DNA from: Azolla caroliniana
Taxonomy: Eukaryota > Plantae > Polypodiophyta
Reading direction: 5' to 3'
Assembly (NCBI GenBank): GCA_043228905.1
Contig: JBHGNT010000016.1
Span: forward strand, 14,260,001 to 14,324,000
DNA length: 64,000 nt
Shown: piece after piece, positions 38,101 through 49,806 of the stretch
How positions within the stretch are numbered: position 1 is the stretch's first letter
Layout: every line of letters starts with the position of its first letter
Notes under the pieces: model-generated
Seen by the model: the letters and a program-made list of their open reading frames with translations, nothing else
The model's database searches: none
What the model was told of the DNA's origin: nothing
Made by a program: the position numbers and the translations under genes

Positions 38101-38639
38101 CTACTCACCTTCGTCATGCTCAACACACACAGAAGACTTATGCGGATCGTCATCGGATTCCCTCCTCTTTTGCCATCGGAGATCGAGTATGGCTCTTACG
38201 TCGTCACATCAAGACTACTCGACCGTGCGACAAGTTGGATTATCGACGACTCGGTCCTTTCCGTATTACGGGGAAGATTAATGATGTCACCTTCCGCCTT
38301 GATCTCCCTCCGCAGCTTCAGATACATCCGGTTTTCCATTGTTCTCTTCTTGAACCTTATAAAGCAAACACCATTCCCGATCGTGTGACACCACCGCCGC
38401 CCCCACTGGAGTTGGACGCCGGCCCGGAGTATGAAGTTGCTGCCATCCTCGATTCCAAACTTGTTCGCAACAAACTCTATTACTTGGTCGATTGGCTCGG
38501 TTATAGTCCGAGTGAACGTACTTCGGAACCCGTCGAGAATGTTGCCAATGCACAAGATCTTCTTGCTGATTTCCACCGAAAGTATCCGGACAAACCCGGT
38601 CCGCAAGTAGCGCTGACTCGTTCCACTCGTCGTCTTTAA
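35067..38639 (+). CDS. Intact pol: protease, RT, RNaseH, integrase, chromodomain
   Basis: 1190-aa ORF: LLDSGA, YLDDLL, ADASD, HHCC, SDRGPQF, GPF, YEVAAILDS..YYLVDWLGY. Confidence 0.97.
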   Translation: MSPAKIGAIWLDSSPRSVQPISGSIPSKQVSNVFLAQVIVSTKSTPPVPVLALLDSGANSCFMDRNFAQASQISLRKLPCPASVVVIDGRPIASGNIVEESEPIQVVLGSFVCIISFNIISSPEHPIVLGLPWLELHNPAIDWRTREVRYRPPQESTRRVSTISLHQLREEGPKEAMFLFSISVHPSNTIKKDSSVQLPAKYHPYADVFDKVKAGTLPHHRPYDCPIDLQPGTEPPWGPIYNLSPTELEVLRAYIEENLASGFIRHSKSPAGAPIFFVKKKDGSLRLVVDYRGLNKVTIRNRYALPLISSLLERVNGAKFFTKIDLRGAYNLVRIRPGDEWKTAFRTRYGHFEYTVMPFGLTNAPAVFQHMANDIFRDLLDICLIIYLDDLLIYSKTQEEHDSHVLLVLKRLRENGLYAKLEKCSFDCKQVEFLGYVISSKGIAMDPAKIQTVLEWQIPRSVQDVQCFLGFANFYRKFIQDYSKIILPLTQLTKKGQAFLWSIEADMAFRHLKKAFTSAPILAHVDTSKPFIMEADASDFALGSILSQQGDKEELHPVAFHSRKFDVAEINYEIHDKELLAIVDSFVQWRHFLEGSPHQVIVFSDHKNLAYFQNARVLNRRQARWAQFLTRFDFKITYRPGKQQGKADALSRRSYLAPRPGEATFDNQKQVILGPTRLHTTRIFHTPMDSRITDDIRATLKTDSFAQDILAHIDTSRASCSQSQQLGIDYRQFEYHDGLLFFKKRVYVPDCSCRLQIVQHCHDTHTAGHFGSTKTLELVQRSFWWPHMRRFVDDYVRTCDACCRAKMPRHHPYGLLEPLPIPSKPWQSICLDFITDLPVSKGFDAILTVVDRYTKMAHFVPCTKAITSEETAALVMREVFRHHGLPDSIISDRGPQFVSKFWRHLFKMLKVSCNLSSGYHPQTDGQAERTNQTLEQYLRCFLSYQQDDWAEILHFAEFAYNNAIHSSTRVSPFFAYTGFHPRWSVIDTPELPTNPRAEDHLERLRKIQMDLSTHLRHAQHTQKTYADRHRIPSSFAIGDRVWLLRRHIKTTRPCDKLDYRRLGPFRITGKINDVTFRLDLPPQLQIHPVFHCSLLEPYKANTIPDRVTPPPPPLELDAGPEYEVAAILDSKLVRNKLYYLVDWLGYSPSERTSEPVENVANAQDLLADFHRKYPDKPGPQVALTRSTRRL

Positions 38640-39501
38640 GGGGGAGATAGTGTCATGAGATGGCAAGACTCGAACCCATGACCTTATGGTATATGGGTCG
38701 AGCTCTTAACCATCTCACCATCTATTGTAATTCATAGAATATTATTTTCATTTATGTTTTATTATAAGAAAGTAATGTATATTCCAGATTTCTCTGGAAC
38801 ATTCTAGAAGCTTCAGGATTATTCCTGAGAACACTATAAAAGAAGGCACTAAGCATTATGTTGAACCAAATTGGTTCAACACCAGTCTTAAGCCTCTTAG
38901 TCGATTTGTACTTATCTTTCATATAATATAAGAGCTGCTGTCATTATCCTATCTCTCTCTCTCTCTCTCTCCTCTTCTCACTTCCTCTCTCTCGGGAATC
39001 TTACGCAGTCCCGTCCTCTTAGTACTAATAGTACTAATAGTACTACTCTTCTTAGTACTAATTCCATCTCTGTTTTAGTACTATTCCTGACAGTAGAAGG
39101 TCCACAAAACTGTGGGTCTAACTTGGCGCAATTACCTATAGACAATGTCTTAGAGTTGTAAGGTACACGTAAAAATTGTTACCGATTAGGAACACGGTCT
39201 ATGGTCAGTCCTTCAACCTAGAACTCAAAGTGATTGTGTGACAAGGAATGGTAACGTCTATGTGTAATACTTAGTGGGATACGTCCCGTAATCTAGCAGT
39301 GTATAAGGGAGACGGCTACAACCGACCTCCTTATACAGTGGGCTAGCGCACACACTATGACTCACGCCTGCACTCTTACGACTGTGCTACGCCACCAAGG
39401 ATTACAGACACACAGTAGATTAACCACAGATACGCACAGATATAAGAGAAGATAGAACTCTATTAAGGTACGCCTTTTACATTCAACCGACAGACAACAC
39501 C

Positions 39502-39518
39502 TGGCATGCCTGTGGGAC
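39502..39518 (+). promoter_or_regulatory. Inverted tRNA-Arg PBS-like site occupying the PPT position
   Basis: TGGCATGCCTGTGGGAC 2 nt inside the 3' LTR; 16/17 identical to the site at 14111-14127. Confidence 0.75.
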
Positions 39519-39519
39519 A

Positions 39520-42253
39520 AGGCCATGGCACGTCGGATCCACCCCTTTAATCGTCCTCCAAAATGGCCCTGATGTTTGGTTCTGCTACGATGTCCGTGTC
39601 CGGGGATGGCGCCCGTAGGCATGTCATTGTCTGGTTCCCTTGCTTGGTCGGGAGGGCTTCCCATGGTGTCGCGGTTGTCCTGTGTGGGCGGTCCGAGTTC
39701 TGCTGGCTCTTCTTGGGCTATGGGGGTTGGTTCAGCCTTCCACGGGCTTGCGGTAGATCACGGCTTTGTTTCGTCCATCACTTCGTCCGTGATGTCGGCC
39801 GTCGTTGTATGCTCTGGGGAGTGGGGTTGCAGTTCCTCTTGGTCCGGAATGTCCTCCGTGATGTCAGCCGTAAGTGTATGCTACGGTGGGTGGGGTTCCT
39901 CTTGGTTGGTGGTTTCGCTGTCTGGTATTGCGCGGGACTCCGCTCGCCGTTCCTTGCTGTTCACCGTAGTGGTAATTTCTGGTGACATGGCCTGAGGTTC
40001 CTCTTGTTCAGTAGTATCCGAAATTGGTGTCGTGATGGATTTCTCATTTGTTCCTGCGCTGCTGGCTTGCGTGATCTGGTGAAACAGGTCCTCCTGACTT
40101 TCGCCAAAACCATCTAGTAGCTACGCAAGTTCCTCAGAATGTTGGTCCGCTACCATGCGATAGTCCTACGCTAGGTCCTCGCGTACTGCCGCAATGCTTT
40201 CCTCATTGAGTTTGTAGAACCCTCGGCCGTCTTTCCTTCGGTTCTCCCAGTCCGCTCGATACGTATGCAATTCCGCCGCTTGTGCAGCCCACGCCATCCA
40301 TCCTTTCTCTAGCGCCGATTTTAATTGCGCCATCAACCTCTCCCGATTCGTTTGCAAAAGGGACGTTGTTTGTTATGGCTTGGCAACGGTTGCATGCTTC
40401 TTCTACAGATTTCTTGAGTTTTGCAATTTCTTGCTGATTAACCGCCGCCGCTTCCAGATACGTGCTCCTCATTCCTGCCCAAAGCTGGGATTCCTTCGCA
40501 TGTAGTTCTTCCAGTTTTCCCATTTAATTGTTCAGGCGGATTTCGAGCTGATGCCTTCTCTCCTGTTCTCCCACCAGCTGCTCGTCAAGCCATGCTTTCT
40601 TCTTCTGCAATAAGGCCTGGAGTCCCGCAATTACCGCTTCCGATTTTTTCGCTTCATCCCGTCATTGGGCATTTTCTTCTTTCGTCCGGGTGTGTTGTGT
40701 TGTCTCTGTTGCGAGTTTATCTTGAAGGGTCTTCACTGCCTTTTTGTCGTTGGCCCGGATGACCTTTTCTCTATTCGAGGACTGGCGAAGTTCAGCACGG
40801 AGACGGTCAATCTCTGATTCCGCTAGTTGCACGACCCATTTTGCTTTTGAGGCAATGGCGGTCTGAGCTTCAATCTCTTCCCTCAGGGCTTCGATGGCGT
40901 TGGTTGTTGGTGGAGCTGCCTGTTCCGCCGTAGTCACGTTATTTTCCAATTTCGTGATGTGTTGATTGGCCTTTTGTAGCTCGGCTTGGGTCAGTTTCAC
41001 CTTTTTCTAGAAATTTTTATTTTTAATCGCCATATCCTTGGCGCCCATACTGACCTTTGCCAATTCCCTATGAACTTCGACAAGGGCCGTGTTTAATGGG
41101 GGTAGTTCCATCCCCATTCGGCGTATACCGGCGTTCCTCTACCTGCCGACTCTGGCTAACTGATCCTCATCATCGCTTTCCGTCATTTGTGTTAACGCGC
41201 GCTCGATCATTTGGCGCTCCGCGTGCTCCCCGACCATTCGTTGTGAGATTTTTATCTGTTGCGTGGCCAAGAATTCCATGAGTTCAAAAGTGGTTCCGAA
41301 CTGTAATAGTGGGCCGAACTCATGGGCCGTGTCCGGAATGTCTGGATAGGCTAGGACCTTGCTTTCCACCGTCAATATGCCTTTCCCCAACTGTGACTGG
41401 GTTGTAATGATCAGTTGCGGTTCCCGGATTACATCGAAGGTGGTGTTGGGCTCCGTAGCTGGAGAGCTGTCGCCCACGATCGTTGTCTCCATGGCTGCGA
41501 GTGCGTCTTTAACTAACCTTCACCCATCTTTCCTATCCAGTCTCCGCCTTTTCGGCTTCTGGCTTCCGGCTCAGGTGCCGCTTCCTCAGTGCGCGCAACC
41601 TGCTTTTCCTGCGTTGTTCGCGTGTTCGGCTGGGCGGGTTGGGGTTCATCCTTCCACTCTGTGGTGGCTAACTCCACTAACCATCACTTTGCGGATCGAG
41701 GCGGCGCCGTGGGCTTGCTGGGCTGCGGTGCTTGCAGACCTCGGGGTGGGAATAGTATCTTCAGGTATTGTTGTATGATAGGCCTGAGCTTTTTGCCTCC
41801 TTGATACGCGTGCAGGCCTTCCCTTAACGTCGACCCCGTAATGACCCTCCAATCGACCATACACCCTTGAAAGGTATAAATGATGATACCTGCCTTCTGC
41901 TTGGGCATCGCATATGCATTTACATGTACGCATCCAACCTCCAATAGGAACTTGGCGATTTCGGGGAAAAAGGGATCCGGGATCTCCTTCGTTCTATATG
42001 CCTTGGCGGATGACGAATATGGACCGAAATATCTCTATAGGGACTCCACAGGAGGGATTTTGAAATGCCTTTCACCCAGTGATGATAGGTCCAACTTTTT
42101 CCGGATGGATGAGTTGGTGACCGTGTCGATGTTGAGCTTTCTAGCGATGTCCAGTGCATCAGGGTGTGGAGGTGCCTTAGTGACCCTGATGTACCCAGCC
42201 AAGCGTTTCTGCACGAGCCATCGATGCAAGGCAGTAGAGATGAATATCGGCAT
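39520..42253 (-). pseudogene. Extra ORF downstream of pol (conserved N-terminal domain, coiled coil, low-complexity tail), fragmented
   Basis: Pieces 42035-42253, 41684-41944, 41139-41492, 40662-41000, 40203-40523, 40166-40357; homologous to 59595-60978. Confidence 0.75.
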
Positions 42254-42914
42254 AGTCGAAATAGGCTCGTGGCTAATGGGTGAAGACTGTTGGTTGCGGC
42301 AGGCTTGAGCTCTATGATAGGATGGAGAAGAGGGTGAGGAAGGGGAGCAATGAGAGCGTTGAGAGTTAGAAGGTTGATTTCTGTATTGTGCAGAAAACCT
42401 TCTATTTCCTTCTTTTTGTGGCCTAGGTTCATTGGTGGGTAAGCCATCGTGGTGCCAGGTGTTCTTGGTCTAGAAGTCTTTGCATGCCTTAAGTCCTTTT
42501 AATAGTGTCGCTATCTTCTTCTTTTTCCGTAATGGTTACATACAATACTATTTTTACAATACAATACAAGTAGGGCCTTCTACTTACTCCGCGGATAGTC
42601 CGGCTTTGTCTTGTCCGGCAGGGAACGGGTTAGGTGCCGTAGGTTCCAGATAAGTTTTAAGGCGAAACCCATTCACTTTTTGTCGTAACACTTCCCCGGC
42701 CAGCATGCCCAGTGGAAACGTGCCTTGTTCTGCTCCTACTATCCAGTACGGGCCTGTCCAGCAGAATCGTAATTTTCCTGGCATATGCCCCATGCCTGTT
42801 TGGAAAACTAATACCGCTTTTCCAACCGTAAAATCTTTTTCATGCACATGCCTGTGTCGGTCAACGAATGCTTTGCGCCGCCGCTGTTCATGCTCTAATA
42901 TGGCCTTATTGCGT

Positions 42915-45900
42915 TGTCGAGGTATTCCTCGCGGATGCGTGGAAAGAGGCGGGACCTCGGGGGTCTTGTACCGAAGAGCAAGAGAGAAAGGAGAAGGGAA
43001 GAGACCCACTGGGTGCGAGCGTAGATCCATAGGAACATGGCCCTTCGACTCAAAGACGCGAGTGGGACAACGACACAGAGAGACACGAATGTATGTATGT
43101 ATTAACAAAGACAAACAACAAGAACACGAAGTCGGTTACGACCGAACAGGCCGGCGAACAGATGCCGATGCCTGTTCGTAAACGCACAGGAAGAAAGGAG
43201 TAGGTTGGAGGTGCCGCCGGAAGCACTCGGGCTTTCCTCAGAGCAGCGCGAGCCTCCCGAAACCTGCACAGGAAAAAGCTATGGAGTTTGGAAGAGAGCG
43301 AAGCCTTCGGCCCCGCAATCTGACAGCACTTCGTCCACTCTTACTTTGCGATCCCTCTCCCCTCCTCGTCTCCCTCCTTTTATAGGCAAGGAAGGAGCCG
43401 TTTCCCACTAACTTCCTACCTACCGAGGATCTTCTATGTACAACATAAGGTGTACGTATATGAAGAGCCGGTTCCTATGCTCTGGTGCACCGATTCCGCT
43501 TGTGGACGGTTTTCTTCACGACATCCACCCCCACCTAACCGCGCATCCACCGGCATGCGCCAAATTGAGCTGGGACGGAGAAAACCGGTCCAGTCGTCAT
43601 TCCCCGCCCGTCGGTTCTTCCTCGGTTTCGGATCGTTCGTGGTCGAGGTTAACCGGATCCGGCTCGTCGTCCTGACGCTTCTTGAACGCTTTGATCCGCT
43701 TCCCAGCTACCGGTATCGCCATTCTCGTGCCGTCGAGTTCCGCCAGATGGTACGTCCCGTTGTCGTTGGCGTTTTGTACCACCTTCTTGCGAACTTCCGT
43801 GTTGCTCGGTGTTGGTTGTCGAGGCTGTTGTCGTAGACTAGCACCCAGTCGCCTTCCTCGATCTTCTTCGGTTGGAGCCGGTGCGTTCAGTCGAACCGGG
43901 CTTTGTTCCTCGTCCTTGCCACCCGAAGCTTTTCTGTAGCCTGCTCTACGTCCTCCGGTCTTCGCTCAAGCTGTCGTATGCGTGCCGCCAATAGTTCCTC
44001 CCTGCTCATCTCGTCCCTCCAGTTCACGGTGGCCCATCAGGAGATCGTACGTTCCATCGGCATGATCGGCTTCTGCCCAAACATGAGCTCTGCCCGCATG
44101 AATCCGGTTACCGAACTGTGCGTAGTTCGGTCCGCCCACAACGCGTAAGGCAATAGCCGCGGCCAGTTCCCGACTTGTCCTCCGCATGCCCGAACTAACG
44201 CCTTGACGATCGGTCCGTGTCCGCGCTCCACCTTCCCATTCGCCTCCGGATTGTACGCAGTAGTAAGCGAGAGCTTGATTCCTAGCCGGTCTAACAGCTC
44301 CTCGGCCTCTTCGGCGTCCAACTCCCTGCGATCAGCCACGATCTTCCCGACGCATCCGTACCGGCATATCACGTCCTAGAGCAGGAACCGACATACGGCT
44401 GCAGTCGTTTTGTTCTGAAGGGCCCGGCCTTCCACCTAGTTCGTCAGATCTTCCCGAGCCAGGACCAGGTACCGCATTTGTCCTACTCCCATCGGCATCG
44501 TCACCAGGTCTACCATCCATTTGAAGTGGATGGTCGGAGGGTACGTAGGGTGAAGCCCGTCCCGATGTCGGACTATGGAGTGCATCTGACAGCTCTCGCA
44601 AGTTGTCACGAACCGACGCACGTCCCAGTACAGTCCCGGCCACCAATACTTCCCTTTTATCTTCTCGAACGTGGCCCACGTTCCACGGTCTCCAGCCCAA
44701 GGGCTATCGTGGTAGGCCGTCAACAGCTCCTCCTGTTCTTCCTTCATCACCACCACCCGGAGCGGGACGCCGTTCCTCTTCTTTGGGTGCTTCCATAAGT
44801 ATCCGTCCCGGAGAAAGAATCGGTAAGCTTTCTTCCGGATCCGGTTGGCCTCGTCCTTCGTCCATGACGCATCTGGCGTCATTGTCCTCAAAAATCCACC
44901 GATCTTGAGCCACTCACCGTCGTACCTGCTCTCGTCGAAGTCGTTAAGTGCCGGAGTGCTCGTCCCATCGGTCGTCACGTACGCCGCCTCGAAGAAGTCC
45001 ACACCGACTTCTTCGTCCTCCGAAACCATGCCGCCCTCGTCATCAAACCTCGCCCTCGAAAGCATGTCGGCCATGGCGTTGTCCTTTCTGGAAATGTGCC
45101 GTATTTCCGGATCTAGGGACTTGATGTACGCTATCCACCGGAGCATCGCCAGGTCCGGTGTCGCGCATCCGGAAACCATGCCGAGAATCGGCAGGCAATC
45201 CGTCTCGATAATCACTTCTCTCCCGATCAGGTAGTCTTTGTCGGCCTTTACTACCGAAACGATACCCCAGAGTTCGCGTTTAACCTGGGCGTACCCTCGC
45301 TGTCGCTCACTGAGGACCTTTGCGCCGAATCGGATCGGGAACCGAATGCCGTCCTTGTCTCCTTGGTTGAAGACCCATCTCATCCCGGTTGGACTCGTAT
45401 CCACCGTTATGTATACCGGGGTACCCTTCTCGTAGACAGCCTTCCGCAAGAGCTTCCTTCCGCAAGACAGCCGGTGCTGCCGCAAGAGCTTCCTTCAGCT
45501 TCCGGACCGACTCCATGTGCTCGTCTCGCCACTCGAATTTCCGCCCCTTCTTCAGCAACCCGTATAGCGGCTCCGCAACGTGGGCGTAGTGCGGGATCCA
45601 TATGTGGTAGAATGCGCATGCCCCCAGGAACCTCCGAACTTCCGTAACCGTGCTACAGTCGGTCTTCATCGCGGAGATGGCTTCTACTTTTGCTGGAGAC
45701 GGCTTCCGGCCATACGGTCCACACAGGTGTCCGACCACCAGGATTTCTGATTGCCTGAAGGCCGATTTCTCCCCGGAGAAGGTGAGCCTCGCATCCTCTA
45801 GCCTTTGTAGCACCTTCTCGCAGTCGTCGATGTGTGTTGCCACGAATCGCCGGCATCCGTCCGGCCCGACTGTCTCGTCCTTCTCTTCCACCGGGCACCC

Positions 45901-48900
45901 CTTTATCGGGATGTCGTCCAGAAATGGCATGGTGATGTCCGGGATGCAATCCCTCAGTACCTTGTTCATTGCATTCACCATGTGGGCCACCGAGTTGGCC
46001 CCTCCTTGTGGCAGGGTACACATTCGCACTAGGCCGAGGGGAGTTCGCATCGTCGTAATGTCTCTGCTCTCCACGGCTAGCTGGAACTGGTCGTACCCCG
46101 AGTATAGATCACCGACCGAGTAAATCGACCTTCCGGCGAAGGCCTCCGTGAACTCGTCTATGGTCGGTCCGATTCCTGCGTTCCGAATGGTCACTCTGTT
46201 GACCGGCTGCAGGTCTTGAATGAAGCGCATCGTTCCGTTTTTCTTTGGCACGGTAAACCATCGGTTCGAGTATGGGGCACTCGACGGTTCGAGAATGCCC
46301 ATATCTACTTTCTGCCTCAATAGCTCCATCAACTTCGGGATGTGAGCTCTCGGTACCGGAATCGGCTTGAGATTCCACGACACATGCGGTACCGTGAATA
46401 TCACCATCAGCTCCACGATCGTCGGGTCTACGCACCCGATCTCTTCCGGTGAGAATGCGAAGGCTTTCCCGTGCCTTCCGAGCATTCTCCGAAACCGGTC
46501 TTCCTCCGCCGGCAGTAGGAACCCGCCCCCACCGATCTTGAGCTCCCGGAGCGTCCCGTCGGTGAAGGTGTGTCCTATGCAGGCCGGATCTCGTAAACTG
46601 GGATCCGACGCAACCCCTCTGATTCGGGACTTGCTGCCCTCCGGTAAGGGTGTCGTGACTGGCCTTACCTTCCGGTCCACAGTCTTGTACTTCGTGCTAA
46701 CTCGGGCCGTCTGATCCGACCGGAGCCCCTGGCTGAAGTTCGCAATGACTTCATACATCTCTTCGGAACATACCGGTATCGTCCGGTCTTCGTTAAGGTC
46801 TTCTCCGGCTACCATCCTCAGCATCCCCAAGGTGTCGTCGAAGGAGACCGCCTCCACGGCCCCGCTGATTTCCTCGTCCGGGTCGAGAACTCCGCACGCT
46901 TGAAGTCGCTCCTCTGCCCTTGCCCTTTCTCGGCCAACGATGTCGACCATCATACACCCTCCGTTGTTGGAGAAGCAGAATTTTCTACCTATCGTACAAC
47001 TGTGGGGTCTTTCCCGAGTGTCCGGACTATCTCGGCCCCACGCCTTGGCAGCCCTCTCTAAAAATCCTCCCGGTTCTTGCTACCGAGGGATTCGCGGTTT
47101 CGCTCGTGGTTCGGTCGCACCGTCAAAAATTGGACCGAATGGCGCCCGTCTTGGCTTTTGACCCTCGCGTAGGCCGAACCGTTGTCCAACACCTTAGTCT
47201 CCATTCACGCCGCCGTGATGTATGGTTCCCCTAATATGACCGGGTGAGAGGACGTCTCCTGTACGAAGAAGTGTTGGTCAATCTCGACGTCGCCGATCTT
47301 GACTCGCATGTTCGGGCAGGCCCTGTGCAGTTCCTCGGTGGCGCGCGTCGCCGCCCGTATCTTCCACCCGTGCTTGGTGTTGATCGGCCACTTTCCCTTC
47401 TTATAGAAGTCCATGGACATCATGTTTATTTCCGAACCGTGGTCCACCAATGCCACCACCGGTTCCTGAATATCTCCAATCTTTACCGGGGTCTTCGTGG
47501 TCGCTCGGGCCCAGTGCGGCCTTGAATAGTGGCTCTCCGCCCACTCATCTTCCAGCGCCATGTCGTCGATGTGCGTCTCCACCGGTCTTTCCGGTTCCGT
47601 CTCCGTCGACAGCCTCTTCCGTTTCACCAGGTCCACAATGGAGTCATGGAACTCCTTCTTGGCGATCCTTAACACCTCTCGCAATGACAGCTCCACTTTG
47701 TTGTCGAGGATCCGTTCTTCTAGGACCTTTCGTAGGTCCGTAGTCCTTTCTATTTCCGTCCCCAGTCGGTATCCGCCTTTCCTGGGGTTATCTTGCGAGC
47801 TGGACCCACCGGCATCGTTCTGTTGTTGCCCGAATCGGGTCTCGTACCGTTGCGAGGGCCCGGCCGCTCTGGCTTTCCCCACTCGTTTGTCTTCTACCAG
47901 AGCCTCGTAGTTCCGGCAAGCGGCTTCTACAAAGCCCGTCTTCTCCTCGACCGGATCGCTCCACCCGGTTATTTCCCGGATCCGTCTCTCAGCGCGGTCC
48001 GTTTCATCTTTCCTTACCCGTGCGCCGGCAAGACCTTCCAGCATTGCCGACCAGAATCCGTCTTTGCCCTCCTTTCGGGCCTCACTGCCCCCGACCCGAA
48101 TGCCGGCCGACGACGAGTAGTGGATGGCCTCCACGTGTCAGGCCGCTACCTCTTCCATCAGTCTCTTCATTCCTCCTCGCCCGTCGTTTCGGTTTAGGGC
48201 CCTTCTGGTGTCGCCGGCGTGCACCCGGCCTTCCCACAGGTACACCACCCGGTTCCTCAACGCTTCTGCGAAATCGCTGCAGTCCTTCCGGATGTGGCCG
48301 ACCTCGTCGCACCACATGCACCTGTTCCCTGCTACCGGCCGTCGGTCACGAGCCGGTTCACCGCCTTCCCTTCGAGTCTGGGCGATCTAGAGATCCTTTA
48401 TCGCCCGCGTCAACTCCTCTAGCGCTGCTCCTCCGGATGAGCCATTGACCATGCCGGTCGAAGCCGGACCGGTTTCGAGCCATTCCCGGGTTTCTTCCCT
48501 TCGCCCTTGCGGTGCCGGTTCAAGCCTCCTTGCTGTGACAGAGCCCGCACCAACCGCCCCGTTTGTCGAAACGGCCACAGACTCTCTTAACCGCAACCCA
48601 GTCGGTCGTCAGCCCGTCTTCGGTTTCCAGCAAGGAGCCGACTTGATCCCGGTCCCGCTCATCCACCGACTTGACGAACAGTAGGACTCAGCTCGTATCC
48701 AGAACGGTTTGGTCAAGCGCCGAAAGGCGCGCAAAGCGTTCTTCGAAATCCCGGAGGAGTGCCAACGCGTTTCTTCCCTTGCCGGGGGACTCCACCCACT
48801 CCATGAAGTCCCGTTTCGAAAGCCGGAGCGTGTCGTCCAGCCCGTATTTTTCTAGGAGTCGACCTTCGAACTCCTCCCAGGTACGGCTCTCCGCCCGCAC

Positions 48901-49806
48901 CTCGAGCTCCTCCGCATGGATGCTCGGCATCGCCACTCGAGGGAACCCGGCAAGACCGCTCTCTTCCGGAATGTCCCGCATCAGCATTTCTGCCCCGTAG
49001 GACGCCAAATACTTCGTGGCATCCTTTCCGCTGAACCGGCCAATTGTACCGACGACCGCCTCAATGACTCTGTCGAGGGCGCCGGAGCCCTCGCGTGCGC
49101 TCAATATCCGATCCACGGCCGAAGCCATGGCCTCCGCAAGATCCGACCCTCTCATCTTCTGCTCTTCTGCCGCCTCTTTCACGTCGGGTTCACCAAGATG
49201 TCGAGGTATTCCTCGCGGATGCGTGGAAAGAGGCGGGACCTCGGGGGTCTTGTACCGAAGAGCAAGAGAGAAAGGAGAAGGGAAGAGACCCACTGGTGCG
49301 AGCGTAGATCCACAGGGACACGGCCCTTCGACTCAAAGACGCGAGTGGGACAGCGACACAGAGAGACACAAATGTATGTATGTATTAACAAAGACAAACA
49401 ACAAGAACACGAAGTCGGTTATGACCGAACAGGCCGGCGAACAGATGCCGATGCCTGTTCGTAAACACAAAGGAAGAAAGGAGTAGGTTGGAGGTGCTGC
49501 CGGAAGCACTCGGGCTTTCCTCAGAGCAGCGCGAGCCTCCCGAAACCTGCACAGGAAGAAGCTATGGAGTTTGGAAGAGAGAGAAGCCTTCGGCCCCGCA
49601 ATCTGATAGCACTTCGTCCTATCTTACTTCGCGATCCCTCTCCCCTCCTCGTCTCCCTCCTTTTATAGGCAAGGAAGGAGCCGTTTCCCACTAACTTCCT
49701 ACCTACCGAGGATCTTCTATGTACAACATAAGGCATAAGTATATGAAGAGCCGGTTCCTATGCTCCGGTGCACCGATTCCGCTTGTGGACGGTTTTCTTC
49801 ACGACA
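42915..49806 (-). mobile_element. Full-length tRNA-Trp-primed gypsy; LTRs 42915-43523 and 49199-49806; 4-bp TSD GCGT
   Basis: ~609-bp LTRs (about 20 differences by eye); GCGT at 42911-42914 and 49807-49810; PBS 49178-49195; PPT AGGTGGGGGTGGA at 43524-43536; frameshifted gag, CMWCDEVGHIRKDC knuckle, protease VDHGSE, RT FLDDIPIKG, RH, integrase. Confidence 0.96.

Larger units (their letters stand above)
33461..39092 (+). mobile_element. Young Tcn1/Tf-like chromovirus; intact 3' LTR 38651-39092, rearranged 5' LTR from 33461; TSD GTAAA/GTAGA
   Basis: U3 33461-33689 looks identical to 38651-38879; PPT AAGGGGGAGATAG before 38651; TGTCA...TGACA termini. Confidence 0.96.

Noticed and set aside
43900-49500. 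Many plus-strand ORFs
   Set aside because: Antisense shadows of GC-rich gag-pol.
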